A stretch of 49,628 bases of DNA, counting the filler, from Sphacelaria rigidula (taxonomy: Eukaryota), in the NCBI GenBank assembly GCA_964200075.2. It is 3 parts of 3 records of this genome, joined end to end, with 100 filler letters (N's around TTAATTAATTAA, not from the genome) between each part and the next. Parts side by side here need not be neighbours in the genome. Positions count along the whole stretch, not along the records: positions 16,577 to 33,052 come from CAXNAA020001343.1; positions 33,153 to 49,628 come from CAXNAA020001344.1; 1 more part is not named here. The stretch is one strand, 5' to 3'. The translations under genes were made by a program, and so were the position numbers. A model generated the notes under the pieces. That model worked only from the letters and a program-made list of their open reading frames with translations, did no database searches and was not told the origin of the DNA. Below are positions 22,351-33,802 of the stretch, in pieces (within the stretch, counting starts at the first letter, position 1; each line of letters begins with the position of its first letter).

Positions 22351-25300
22351 TTTAATCGGGGCCAGTGTTTCGTGGTGACGGTTGGATCACACAAAGCGGG
22401 TAGTTCTAACCAAGGAAGCAACTGTAATAATAGGAATCAGAGCCATCGACACACGATGTCACTTTGTGTCACAGCTTTTTTGCGGCAGTTACGGGTGTAT
22501 GATTTTTGTATGCATAGGGATCTTTTAATTTACTCCGCACATTCGACTGCTATGAAGCAGAACCGACGTCGTGTTGTCTTGAAATATGGTTGGGGTTGAG
22601 CGCTCCAGGTTTCGCCTCCGCTAAATTATGACTGAGAATATTGTCAAAAGAACGGCGTAAAACATATACTGTACAACCGTGAAAAATATTGAATGCGAGC
22701 ACCAAATGAGGGGTGAACATGGTTCGATTTAACCCGAAGAGAAAAGCCTGGCAGCAAGCTCCAAATCGCGCGTGTCGGTTGAAAACGAACCCCTCTCACC
22801 CCCGCACCTCATACCATGGGTGGGACATGCGTATACTTTTTGCTGAACCTTTTACTGACAGAGTGCTGTGCAGAACAACGCAATAAAACGTACGTGTTAC
22901 AAACATCGCGATAGCATCGTGCCGTGAGGGCGTACTTCGTTTCACGGCAGGTTCTCGAGCGAACGCACTCGACAAGCTCTGAGGTCAGTGGTACGGTGGT
23001 ACAACAGTAGTCAGTGCCAGAATCAGTGCATTTGGTATAAACTGGTACGTACGTGTGATTATCTGCGCTATCGTACGTGTACTGCAATGAATATCCCCCC
23101 CCTGAAAAACTCGTGCATGGCGCTGCTATAGACGACACATATGAACAGCCGCCGCAACGCTCCGAGCATCTCGCACGTCGTACCTGTCGCATCTAGCGTC
23201 CCCGACGCTTGTACAGGGCCGCCGATATATTGTGGCGCATCCTGCCCCTTTCGATTGAGGTAAGGTGGGTAAATTCATACGCGGCCGAGCACAACGTTCC
23301 GCTCCCAATGCGGGATCTACCCATGTACTTCATAGGCACCCAAATCTACGTTCGATTGATCATCAGTCAACCGATCAACAGTCTCACATCCCAAGACGCG
23401 GTGAATCTCGATAACAGACACCATGTATCATTGCCGAAAATGACTGTTTCACGTGAACCGTAACTTACTGGTTTATCTTGGCGGTATGCAAAAATAACAG
23501 CCCTGCGCTTCCTCAGTGATTTGAAAGCGAGATCTGACGTAGAGTGTCCCATGGTGTCCATCGTATCGCCATCATAGATGTTTTGGGTACTCTCTCGCGA
23601 TACATTCTGGACGAGCCGTGCTGGGAAAGGTGACTGCGGTTCAGACGATGTGTCAGCACCAGTTTTGGACTGATTTGCTCGTCAAGACCCGCGGTCTGAT
23701 CATCAATAATTCATCATTTCCGTGTACTCGTAGTACAACGACGTGGTGACAGCCGGAGTACGTTCCTCGCCCGTTACGGAGTCTTATGCACCGTGCGATA
23801 GCTTCAACAATACCTAGGGACTGTGCGGGTATTGGAGATGTTGCTGTGGCCATTCGAGGCTCATGGGACGAGCGCGAAGAGGTACCGTAGAGTGGCGACT
23901 CGGAAGTATACATGGACACATATTCGGTGCGGTACTTCTTGGAACCTTGCAGCAAGCAAGTTTTCTCGTTCGGTGTGGAGACGCGCGTTTGCACCGTACG
24001 ATGACATGGATGATAGCTTTTGACTGCACACAGCAATCAGAGTTTTACTGAAGCAGTGGAGAGTAGGTTGAGTAGTACATATATTGGGCGAGCACAGGGG
24101 TCATTGCTCGTTGAGAAAAAAAATAATGAGTCGAGCACACATGAGATGGCTACCTTTTCCCGAAATATATTCACGAGTGCACTCGTTTCGATGAGTGATG
24201 ACTCGTTCGACGTGTGTAAGGTTCAGCTTGGGATTAGCAACGCCGACGAAGCTCGTCAGATCGATATGATTGAATATTGTTGCGCAACGGCACCATGCGA
24301 AGAGATATGTCAACCACGATATTGTCGACAGACGATCCAGGGGGCCGCGCCGAGGAAAAAGTCGGACTCGTGACCCCCCCATTCCCGGAGGATATTTTGT
24401 CGGAAATTGTCATGATTTTCTCATCATGTCAACCCGCTCCTTCATAAAGGCCAGATGTTACGGCAAACAGAATTTTGGCTCACGAATTGTTCACCTTCAT
24501 GCCACTTGGCCCACCTCATGACCCCCAAGCCGAGGAAATCGCCAACACACGTCTCGGACACTTTGCATCACCCCACACAGAGGACTCTAGTCTGCTCTAC
24601 ACATTCGCTTTGCTCCGAGGTTCTGCAGTAGGTCCGTACAGTCGCGCGGAAGGATGCCACGACAGGGGTGCACAAATATTTTTCGAGGGTGAAACTGTTG
24701 GGGAAACTTCATCTCGTGCCAAGCGCGATTTGTCAAGTATGTGAGTACGCGAGGGTTTCTATTCCAATGTGCTAGGGATGCCCCGTATGAATTTGCAGTC
24801 ATATTCTCCTGTATCTCTACTCTTCACAATCCCCTGAACCAGACAAGATTTCGCGCAAAAAGTACACCCGTACCGTAGCATTGCTTTGGCGGTGCGAGAG
24901 ACAGCATGCGACGCACATGCATGGCAAAATCATCACGAAAAGTAGATCGAGCATAAAGGATGCCTGCCCCGATGGCTCGAGTTGCTTTCAACACATCCAA
25001 CATCACGATATTGCCCGTCCGAAGTAACATAAAGCTCATTCTCACCACTTTCCGACGCTTTTGACTTTCCTCTCGAAGGAAGGAACATCACGGGAAACGT
25101 AAGAGCGGAAGTTTTCCGATCCCTCAACTACTTACAGGGCCACACTCATCTGCTCCCGCAGCCCGCTACCCACCACGGTGCGCTACCGAAGCCAATGCAG
25201 GTCACGCTGTCGGACGAAATCTTGCTGCACTTGGAACGGTACCGCTTATTGCATCAACGACAGTCCTGCCCGACTGCTGATTCGTACCACCGGCGAGGAG

Positions 25301-25734
25301 GAAGAAAAAAGAACGCCTCGGCTATATCGTACAATTTCAAGTGTATTACGCGGTCCTACAAAATCGCGCAACACAGTAGTAATAATGGTCACAAGAGCCA
25401 CCGAGAGAAGTCACTTGTTTCGAGGCAGGTCGGACGCCACGGTAAAGGTAGCCTCATGAGAGATTTTCAGCGGAAGTCAACCGTGTCAACGTGACCCGAA
25501 TCCAACCGCAAGAAAGCTACTTGTCCATTTGCCATACGATAAATCCAACTTCAGCACGTCACCAAAATCGGAGCTTCACAAAAATGTCCATCTAATCGCA
25601 CTTGACATCATCCTCATCTTCTGCACACCAAAGCTACGGAAATCCCCGGGATCTCCGGCCAATGACTACACGAAGACACACAAAACCGCTCCAGGGTTTC
25701 ACAGATCACACACAGAACTGCAGCTAACAAAAAT

Positions 25735-28700
25735 TCAACCGAAGAAGTGTCCAAGGACAGTCTTGCCGTCTACCAACTCCTGTGCCCAGACGCCGATGGT
25801 GGCAAGCATGGCCAGCCGCCCATTGTTCAACTCCTGAGTCATGCGCATCTCGCGGCCCGCTTCGTCCTTCGGCATCAACCCAAGTGGGTCGAATCCGAAG
25901 TTTCCGGGTTCGTAGTCCTCCCTCAGGTCAGCAATCCCATCTTTTAATGGTTGCTGTACCCAGCCCACTATAGATCACGATGGTGGAGTGGAAAAGTTTG
26001 TGGAACGGGTGAACAAGGAAGGGTGGCGGGAACGCGGCGTATGATGTGCATATGAGACGTTGGGGTTTTTCGAGGGAGGGCGGGGCTGGCATTACATATT
26101 GAACATTGGAAAATGTTTCAGAAGATGTGTTGATTTCCGCTGGAAGTTCGAGTATAGTAGTAAACCCTGCTTCTGTGAGTATGTGAAAGAAAGGGTAAGA
26201 GATCAAAAACGTGGTGGCCGCAGAAGACGCGCAGGGCATCCCCGGCATTCGTTTGGAGTTGTGAATAAAACTGTTTGAAAAGACGCGAAGCGTGGCAAGG
26301 GCACGCAATCATGAGGCGAAACGTGTGCTATATTCGTAGGCCTACGCTTATGCCAATTCGGGCAATACATCATTGCCCTGTGTCAGACAATATTTTTGGA
26401 GCCATACTGAGTCAGAGCAAGCTGTTCATATCTTTGTAATCGACTAGCTGTGGCGGTCACCAGAGTTGTCCAGTTGTTAACGGGTCCTCCTGTTGGGCAC
26501 TCGTTGTGTGGGGGTTTGGTGTCGGTTATTTCGAGAAATTGCCCGTGGGGAGAAAAAAAAAGCAATTTGCGCCGGCTTTCCCGCTACAGGAGTGAGATCG
26601 TATGGAGAGCGATGTTGGTGCAAAATCGAACATACCGCCAAACGATACTCGTTCAGTCAAGTGGGGACTTCAAATTTCGACACGTCGAATTTCCAAGGTA
26701 GATCACTGACACATTCCAAACAAATTCCTCCCTTCATTCTGTTTTTGGTCGAGACGCGACCGATCCAACGCAACCTCGAGAATAATACGAGAACCAATCT
26801 TCTGTATTCGTTCCGTCCCAACGTGAAAAAAAATAGCCCCCGTGTAATTTCCTTGCCTCACAACCTTGCTCATCACGCCCCAGCTTTTTGTGAGTTGAGC
26901 GTGGCAATATCGGTGAATTGCCCGGATCTTGGTCAGGCCAGTCAGTCACTGAATAGTCAAACTCACATTCAGCATACATTCTTTACAGGGCCGTTCGTGT
27001 TACTACCGATCAAGTATTTTGGTGAAAGATACCCCGAAGTCGGGTGTGGGTTGATACTCGCGCACCAGAGGAGGCGAATAAAGGGGAGACTCACCGAAAA
27101 TGTTGTTGCCTTCGAATATTCCCACAATGACGAGGAGGATTAACGGTGTCAAGGCGAAGTAGTTCTGTACAGCCTGCATGTGGTAGATCGCGGGTCCGAT
27201 GTCCTTGCCACCGTTTTCGAAGAGCGGGTGCGCCACCTCCTGACACAGCATGCCCACGATCGCCAGCATGGCCACGCGCGCGTGCTTGATTTCGCTCTCG
27301 CGGAATTTCTTGACGTCAATCGCGCGGAACTGTTCAGAGGATGACGGGGAGCGGCGGCGGCGGGGGAAGATGTGAGCCGGGGAGGCGGGGCGAGGGCGGG
27401 GGGGCGGGGGGGCATCCTCTTTTGTTCTTCGCCTCAGTGGTTGAACCAATGACCACGCATTCCTTTCGAGATGGAGGACCGTTCCTGCTCCTTGTAAATA
27501 GGGGGAAGGGGGGGCGGACGTGAACTTCACTCGACACAAGTTTCCCGGAGGAGTTGACATCGACTTTTTCAGTACATAGATGAAGTTTCGCAACACGTTC
27601 AGCTGACGAGGTGGCATCATATGCTATTTGGATTGGCGTGTCGGGGTACTGTCTGTCCGGGTTTCTTGGTTCCATGTTTTCCCCATGGGCCGTTGCAAGA
27701 AAATAAGCCCAACTGGTGGGACGGGTATCTTTATTTGTCCTCGAGATTCTGCAGCCAAATTTTTGAAGCCCAACGTTTGAAAGCGAGCTGCTAAATCGAC
27801 TGCCAACGGTCGAACGCGTTCCTAGGTGTGACGTCATGAGCTATGGACGCTATGGTGTTGTGAGTACCATTTCTCACGAAAACGACCTCGACCTACAAAA
27901 TCAATTTTTATGGAGGCCCACATGTTGTGTTTTCAGGATGCAGTTGCCATCTCGAAGTCATATCAAGTGAGAACTCCGGGAACGAATCTGAGAAACGGAG
28001 TCAAATGCCGAAATCAAGTGTCATCTTCCACAGAAATATGCTCAACTCATCAGAAAAAAATCCGTGGAACCTGAACGTTTCGTTTCTACTTTGCTCTTGT
28101 GTACTCTCAAATGTCAAAGCACAACTCCCAAACCAGAGGCGCGAAATCCAGATTGTCCGGAGTCTTGTATGCGCCCCATCTCTCGGTATGAGATAAGTTT
28201 AGGTGAGAGCATTCACCGATTCTCCGTGCTGCACGAAGTGCTCGGATAAGAATAAATCCGCTAAAAAGGTTCGGGGTTTTACATGGACTTTAGTATGAAT
28301 CCCATCTCCGCACAGTTGCTCACGACCTCGTCTCCGTACGTGTACTCGACATCGGATTCAATGAACGAAAAAAGAGGTGCAGTCCCTCGACCGGATGGAC
28401 ATCTTCCCGTGTAAAGGGAATCATGAAAGATACGGTATGCGGATAACGCCTCAGATCGTCTGCATCGATGGGATATGGCTATGATGACAGCCTGAATCTG
28501 TTTTGAGGTTGGCCCAGCTCGTGGGCCTTTCATCACAAAAAAAATTGGACAAAGAGTAACAACTCCGTTATTGATACCTTATTCAATACCTCTGCACAAA
28601 CCCGGCTCATGTGATCAGAACGGGGTGCGCCATTTCATGTTGGACTTTCCACAGTGATATACGACGACAGTTTAACCCTGGTAGTCAAAGGGTTAGTCGT

Positions 28701-31700
28701 TGTATGGTAGTGTGTCTGTACAGTTGTACAAAATAGCGAAAGCTGTTCCGGTGAACGATACGTGATGGGTCGGGAATGCGACGTATACATTGACCGACCT
28801 TGCTGGAGATTGCGAGAGGATCGAAGTACGGGAACGGGGCGCTCGCTCCGGGGATCTTCCTGAGGTATTGCGGTCCTGTCAGCTCGATCACCGGCGGCGG
28901 CTGCGGCGGCTCGGTGGGAGCAGTGTCGAGCACTTCGTTGAGGGTGTCATCCACAGGAGTCGACGAAACAGCAGTCCTGAATGCAGATGTTAGAGCACGG
29001 CGGTTTGAAACTCAGTGAGTGATGTCAATACTATGAACAAAAGTATGGCATAGATATGCCCCATGCCTGTATTTCCCCCGCCTGTCATGTTTTTCGGAGG
29101 GATGTAGGATGAAATCATAATCCATGTCGTTTTTATCATGTATCTCACATATATGTGGAGGTGTAGGATGTTCTCGGCGAATATCTATACGAGTACCTCC
29201 GGTGGATGCACAAGGGGTTCGTCACATCAATATTGCTACGGTGAACTTTTCACCCTGACATGGACAGGGCCCAGGCGCCTTCGGCCACGGGTGCAGGCGA
29301 GCCTCAGAAGCAGTCACCTTAGCCTGCGCCCACCCCCAATTTCACTCTCAGGCCGTCTTCGACAACTGCTGGCACCGACGCCGACAAGGCCCCTCCAGCG
29401 AACCGGAGTTGTTCAGACTCCAACGACATCACTGGCGATGAGTCCATCAGTGGTCCCGTGCATGATGTCACACAGATCTCAAGCTGTGGAAGTCGGATCA
29501 CAGAGGCCAGGCGTTGCTGGCGGGTTTTTTCTGGAACCCGATCCAATGCCAAAACGCTCCGTGCCTCTTATGCAAGAGGGCCGTGAGTGCATCGTCTCCA
29601 TCCCACCTCGTGCATAATCAGAATCGACATCACGAAAAGGGTCCAGCCTACGTAACGAAAACACACGACCAGGACGAGAAGGAAAACACCGCCAAGGAGG
29701 GGGGTAAACCCATCCTCAAGTTTGTGGGGACGCCTGGCCTGTCTGTGATAAGAGGAACGAAATCATCAGCAAGTTCATCGTGGAAGACCTCAGATGGCTC
29801 GTGAGAGATCCCGAGTGACTAGAGGTCTTCCAGATGAACTTGCAGATGATGCCGTTCCTTTGGTTCATATACAAGCCCGACGTCTCCACAAACTCGAGGA
29901 TGCTTTCACCTCCTTCCTTGGCGTTGTCCTTCTCCTGCTGGTCTCGTGTCTTCGCCTTCACGTGGGCTGGGACCTTCGCATGATGTTGGTTTTGATTATG
30001 CACGAGCTTGGATGGCGATGATGCACCCAAGACTGCCTTGCATAGAAGGCACAAAGCGTTTTGGCATTCGATCGTTCTCCAGAAAAAACGCCAGAAAAAT
30101 GACTGGCCTCCAGGACTGGGCTTCTATAATGTCACAGTATACCCCCGTTCCCCGGAGAGGCTTGTCGGCGTTGGTGCTGGCAGTGGGCGAAGACGGCCTG
30201 GGCGCGGTATTGGGGGTGGGTGCAGTCGAAGGCGACTGCTGCTGAGGCCGAAGTAGCCTGGGCGTTGCTCATCTCGTGTCAAAACTGAACCGTAGCAATA
30301 AAAGTTTCATCAGACCCCTTGACCATCCCCTCGAGTGCGCGTGTGTGGGCGCAGGCGCCATACACATCGGGTCCTGTCTTGTGAATATTGCACCGATATC
30401 AGTCGATACCTGGCATCATGCATTTGCATACTTGATGCAGACTGACACATCACTATATATCATCTCATATCGACTGTAAACTTTACTGTTTTCTCTCGAG
30501 TGATATATATGCCTACATCGTGATATATAGGCATAAACTTATAACCTGGTACAACCATGCATGGGACCCGATGGGGGTATATGTGCATGCAAATGATATG
30601 CAAAGCATGTGTGGTAATACATCATACACACTTTGCCGGGAAATTCTGTAATGGGTATAAAATGTGAAGCGACATTTCATATCATATGCGGAGGGGACCT
30701 TAGGATTTGTACGTAAACAATGGTTGGTACCATGGAGATGCCGCCAACCCTAACGCTACGCTAAACCCTAACCCGGACCAAGGCATACCGAGAACCCTCG
30801 GGCAAGGGGGTGCAGAATGATCCCTAGGCAGAGGGTGCGTTGCCAGAGCTCAAATCGACGCCTTTCAGCCGATTTTGGACCAAAACACGTTCTGGACGAG
30901 CTGGGTCCACTGCTCACCTGCCCCAGACCATGAACTTTCTCAGAACTTTTTCAGTCTAAAATCAAGTAAAATCGAGTATCAACCATTGTTCACGTACAAA
31001 TCCTTAGGTCTACTGCATATGCGTACCCCTCGGGGAAAACATCATCAAGCTATATCATCATATCTACACCAGGCATTTTCAACATGGATCAACACCCACG
31101 ATTCATGTGTCACAAGAACAAATACGGCGAAACTGTCAGGAAGTACGTACGCTTACGTAGTAACTGTAATAGCAAACGGGACACGTCAACGGCGGTCATT
31201 TCACCCGAGAGATCGTTGTGTTGACTTTTACTACTGACTGTACCCCTCTGTTGTAGCTTTTAAATGGAGCACGCCACATGCCTTGGGAACTTGTTTCTGT
31301 GCTTATGTTGCCCAGTACGTACGCGTCGTTTGCGTTGTCCAGTAACACCATCCATCACTCAAGAGCTGCTCTACCTCGTATTTAACTAGTCAACCATATA
31401 GCAGAACAGTCAGTGGCGCAAGATGATGTCTTCCTTCATCGGACTGGGTGACCCACGTCGGAATAATCTCATTCATGTTCGGCCGACTGCAAAGTCGACG
31501 CTGGAACACATACAACAGATTCGCAACTCGAGAACAAGTGGGCAGCGAGGGACTAACCCCCTCTCCATATATCGATGGAGATACATTCGCCAAGCTCTGC
31601 ACACACTTGACGCGCTCGGCCATATTGGTGGAGGAATTTTTTGCCGAGACGTTCAAATATACTGTAAAGTGATAAACCAGCGGCAATCAGCACCTCGAAC

Positions 31701-32187
31701 AAGCGTACAGGTCTCCATGCCAGGTCAACCTTCATGCATTCGAGAGTGCTGCAGGCTACTTGACGTACTTGGCCACGCAAACAGTTACATGCGGGCTCTA
31801 TAGATATGGTGACACCCTACAAATCACCACGATAATAAGAGGCGAATATACAGGCAGATATGCGTAGTATAGCTTGCTGTACGCAGCACAGCGTCCGCCA
31901 ACGGGTACATGACCCTCACCAGAACGTCGTGCGGGACCCACGACCGAGATACTGGGCGCGTGCTGGGTCCAAGCGTGCACAACAAGAGGCTCAGCAGCAG
32001 CGGAAACAGTAACAGCAGGGCATCGGCGAAGCATGCAGTACAAGAAGCACAAAAACAATTGCAACATGATGACTGACCTCGACCGCCGGTAGTTGGAAGT
32101 TGTCGGGCTCACAGATCCGGGCACCACGAAAGCAGACACGGTAGATGCCGCCGTCGCGGCTAGGAGGCAGTAAGCTTCAGTCTTCAT
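25735..32187 (-). CDS. LHCX: Light-harvesting fucoxanthin-chlorophyll a/c protein, LI818/LHCX (LHCSR-like) family, 251 aa. Exons 32187-32078, 28976-28799, 27329-27095, 25967-25735
   Basis: Signal peptide with ASAFAP-like cleavage site (TVSA-FVVP). Motifs FDPLAIS, FRESEIKHARVAMLA, GPAIYH, GW...LREDYEPGNFGFDPLGL and TQELNNGRLAMLA...AQELVDGK. GPAIYH and GW...DYxPG are LI818-type signatures. Intron phases 2, 0, 1 are consistent; CDS is 756 nt. Confidence 0.92.
27385..27495 (-). mobile_element. Truncated LINE 3'-end fragment followed by a C-rich tract, in LHCX intron 2
   Basis: tttgttcttcgcctcagtggttgaaccaatgaccacgcattcctttcgagatggag matches 22100-22160 and 43340-43400. Confidence 0.7.
29190..30340. 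repeat. ~1.1 kb imperfect inverted repeat of a decayed BED-zinc-finger (hAT-like) transposase fragment, in LHCX intron 1
   Basis: The arms are reverse complements around a centre near 29810 (gcaagttcatcgtggaagacctc ... gaggtcttccagatgaacttgc). Both arms translate to FFW...CLLCK...SSPS(H/K)LVHNQN(R/Q)HH. Confidence 0.85.
30691..31000 (+). repeat. Interspersed repeat, copy of 48820-49140
   Basis: Both copies share tgtacgtaaacaatggttggtac...ccctaacc...gaccaaggcat...gagaaccctcgggcaa...aatcgacgccttt...gattttggaccaaaacacgtt. Confidence 0.85.
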
Positions 32188-32859
32188 GATGTGATGTCGG
32201 ATTCGAAATACGTAGTCCGCTTGGAGGATTTGTTGTTCAGCGCTAGAGAGGGGCGCGAAGTGATACGTGAGGTGGGCGGAATTGGATTGATCGATCGGGC
32301 GTTCGACGGTTGGTCAGGGTAATACTGACAACAGTCGGCGCTGAGTAGAACGGGACGCATCACTGCGCGTGAGTCAGGATGAAAATGCGGCGTAATTTCA
32401 GGGGATATTCAGTACGAGTAGGGGACAATGACAGAACCGGATCTACGATCTCACGATCTCTCACATATATATATATATATGTACCTGTGTATGTACAAAA
32501 AAAACAGAAGATCTACGATGCGTGTAATCCGAGGGGTATGTACGGCGCGATGGGTGGTGAAAAAAATGCATGGGCGCTACCAACACCAGCCGGCGAGTCC
32601 GCATCCCCCCTTCCAGAGGAATCCTACGGTAAAAAAACAATTGAAAAAAAGACGAAACCATGGTATTCTCGTTGATTTTGCGCGTAATCATCGAGGATCT
32701 GATGCGTACACCGCCTCCGTGTGTTTCGTATTTATTGTGTCACTCAAAACGGGTAGCTCTTGTCAGCATGGCAGTAATGGGATGGTGTGGAGTGTGGAGT
32801 CTGACGAATATATATATAGTATATCCAATGGTGGATATTAGAGAGTTTCGGAGGACGCG

Positions 32860-32960
32860 TTTCTGCCATTTCAGAGTGCAAATATCTCAGGATCAGAATG
32901 CAGAATAAAAAAGAAGTCGTCGAAAGAAAAGTCAAGGGGATACCACATTTGACGGAGAAG
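32860..32960 (+). repeat. Interspersed repeat related to the foldback element at 35428-35580
   Basis: gccatttcagagtgcaaatatctcaggatcagaatgcagaataaaa matches both arms of the 35428-35580 element. Confidence 0.7.
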
Positions 32961-33052
32961 AGGAGAGTAATTATTCGTTGTTGTGTTGTGTGTTGTCGTC
33001 CCATCTATTCTGGGCGCCAGTCTACCCTTTTTCGGGATATGTGGGCGCATCA

Positions 33053-33152
33053 NNNNNNNNNNNNNNNNNNNNNNNNNNNNNNNNNNNNNNNNNNNNTTAA
33101 TTAATTAANNNNNNNNNNNNNNNNNNNNNNNNNNNNNNNNNNNNNNNNNNNN
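33053..33152. other. Artificial contig linker (N44-TTAATTAATTAA-N44)
   Basis: Identical to the linker at 16477-16576. Confidence 0.97.
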
Positions 33153-33802
33153 GGGCAATCAGGCCGAAGAAATCGTGAACTTGGTGATTTTGAGTCGTGG
33201 TGATTTGTCCTAACCGTGAATGATTTCTGTCATTGAAGGCGTGAGGGCGTGAGTAGAAAAAAATTCAAAGTGAGCGTGATTGACGACAGTCGACGGGGTG
33301 CTGGAGTTCTGGCAGTCATTATCCAATCCGCAAAACCCAGTCACAAGGCATGCACCGAGGGAGAGAGGAGGTGATCCCTTTGGACCACGGCTTCGTCCCG
33401 AGGTCGGGAAAGTTTGAAAGTCCGACAAAAGAAGTAAAAAAAAGCAGATCACATACGCCGATTACCTAAAACAGCTACTGGGTTCTAGAGGAAACTCGAA
33501 ACGCTCACCCGTACCCACAATCAAACTCGTGCCTGAACCTGTGTGTATCCGAACCCTACCCACATTCGATTAATCTTTCTCGGTGAGAGGGATGTTACTT
33601 ACGGCACGCAATGTGCGAGGACGCGTTGTGGAGAAAAATTGTTCATCGGAAAAAGATCCGGGTGGGATCAGTGATCCTATCGTCATGTCATGGGAATACT
33701 CCGGAAACTCGCGGTTGAGAAGCAAGAACGTTCCTCCTCATCACAGCGGCCTGCTACCGCTCTTGTACAGCACTTTGGCACTACTAACAGCACGGCTCTA
33801 AC

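Noticed and set aside
23500-25100. Coding-looking short ORFs between LHCX and the unknown gene
   Set aside because: No recognisable domain or consistent splice pattern. A tBLASTx/BLASTx search would be needed.
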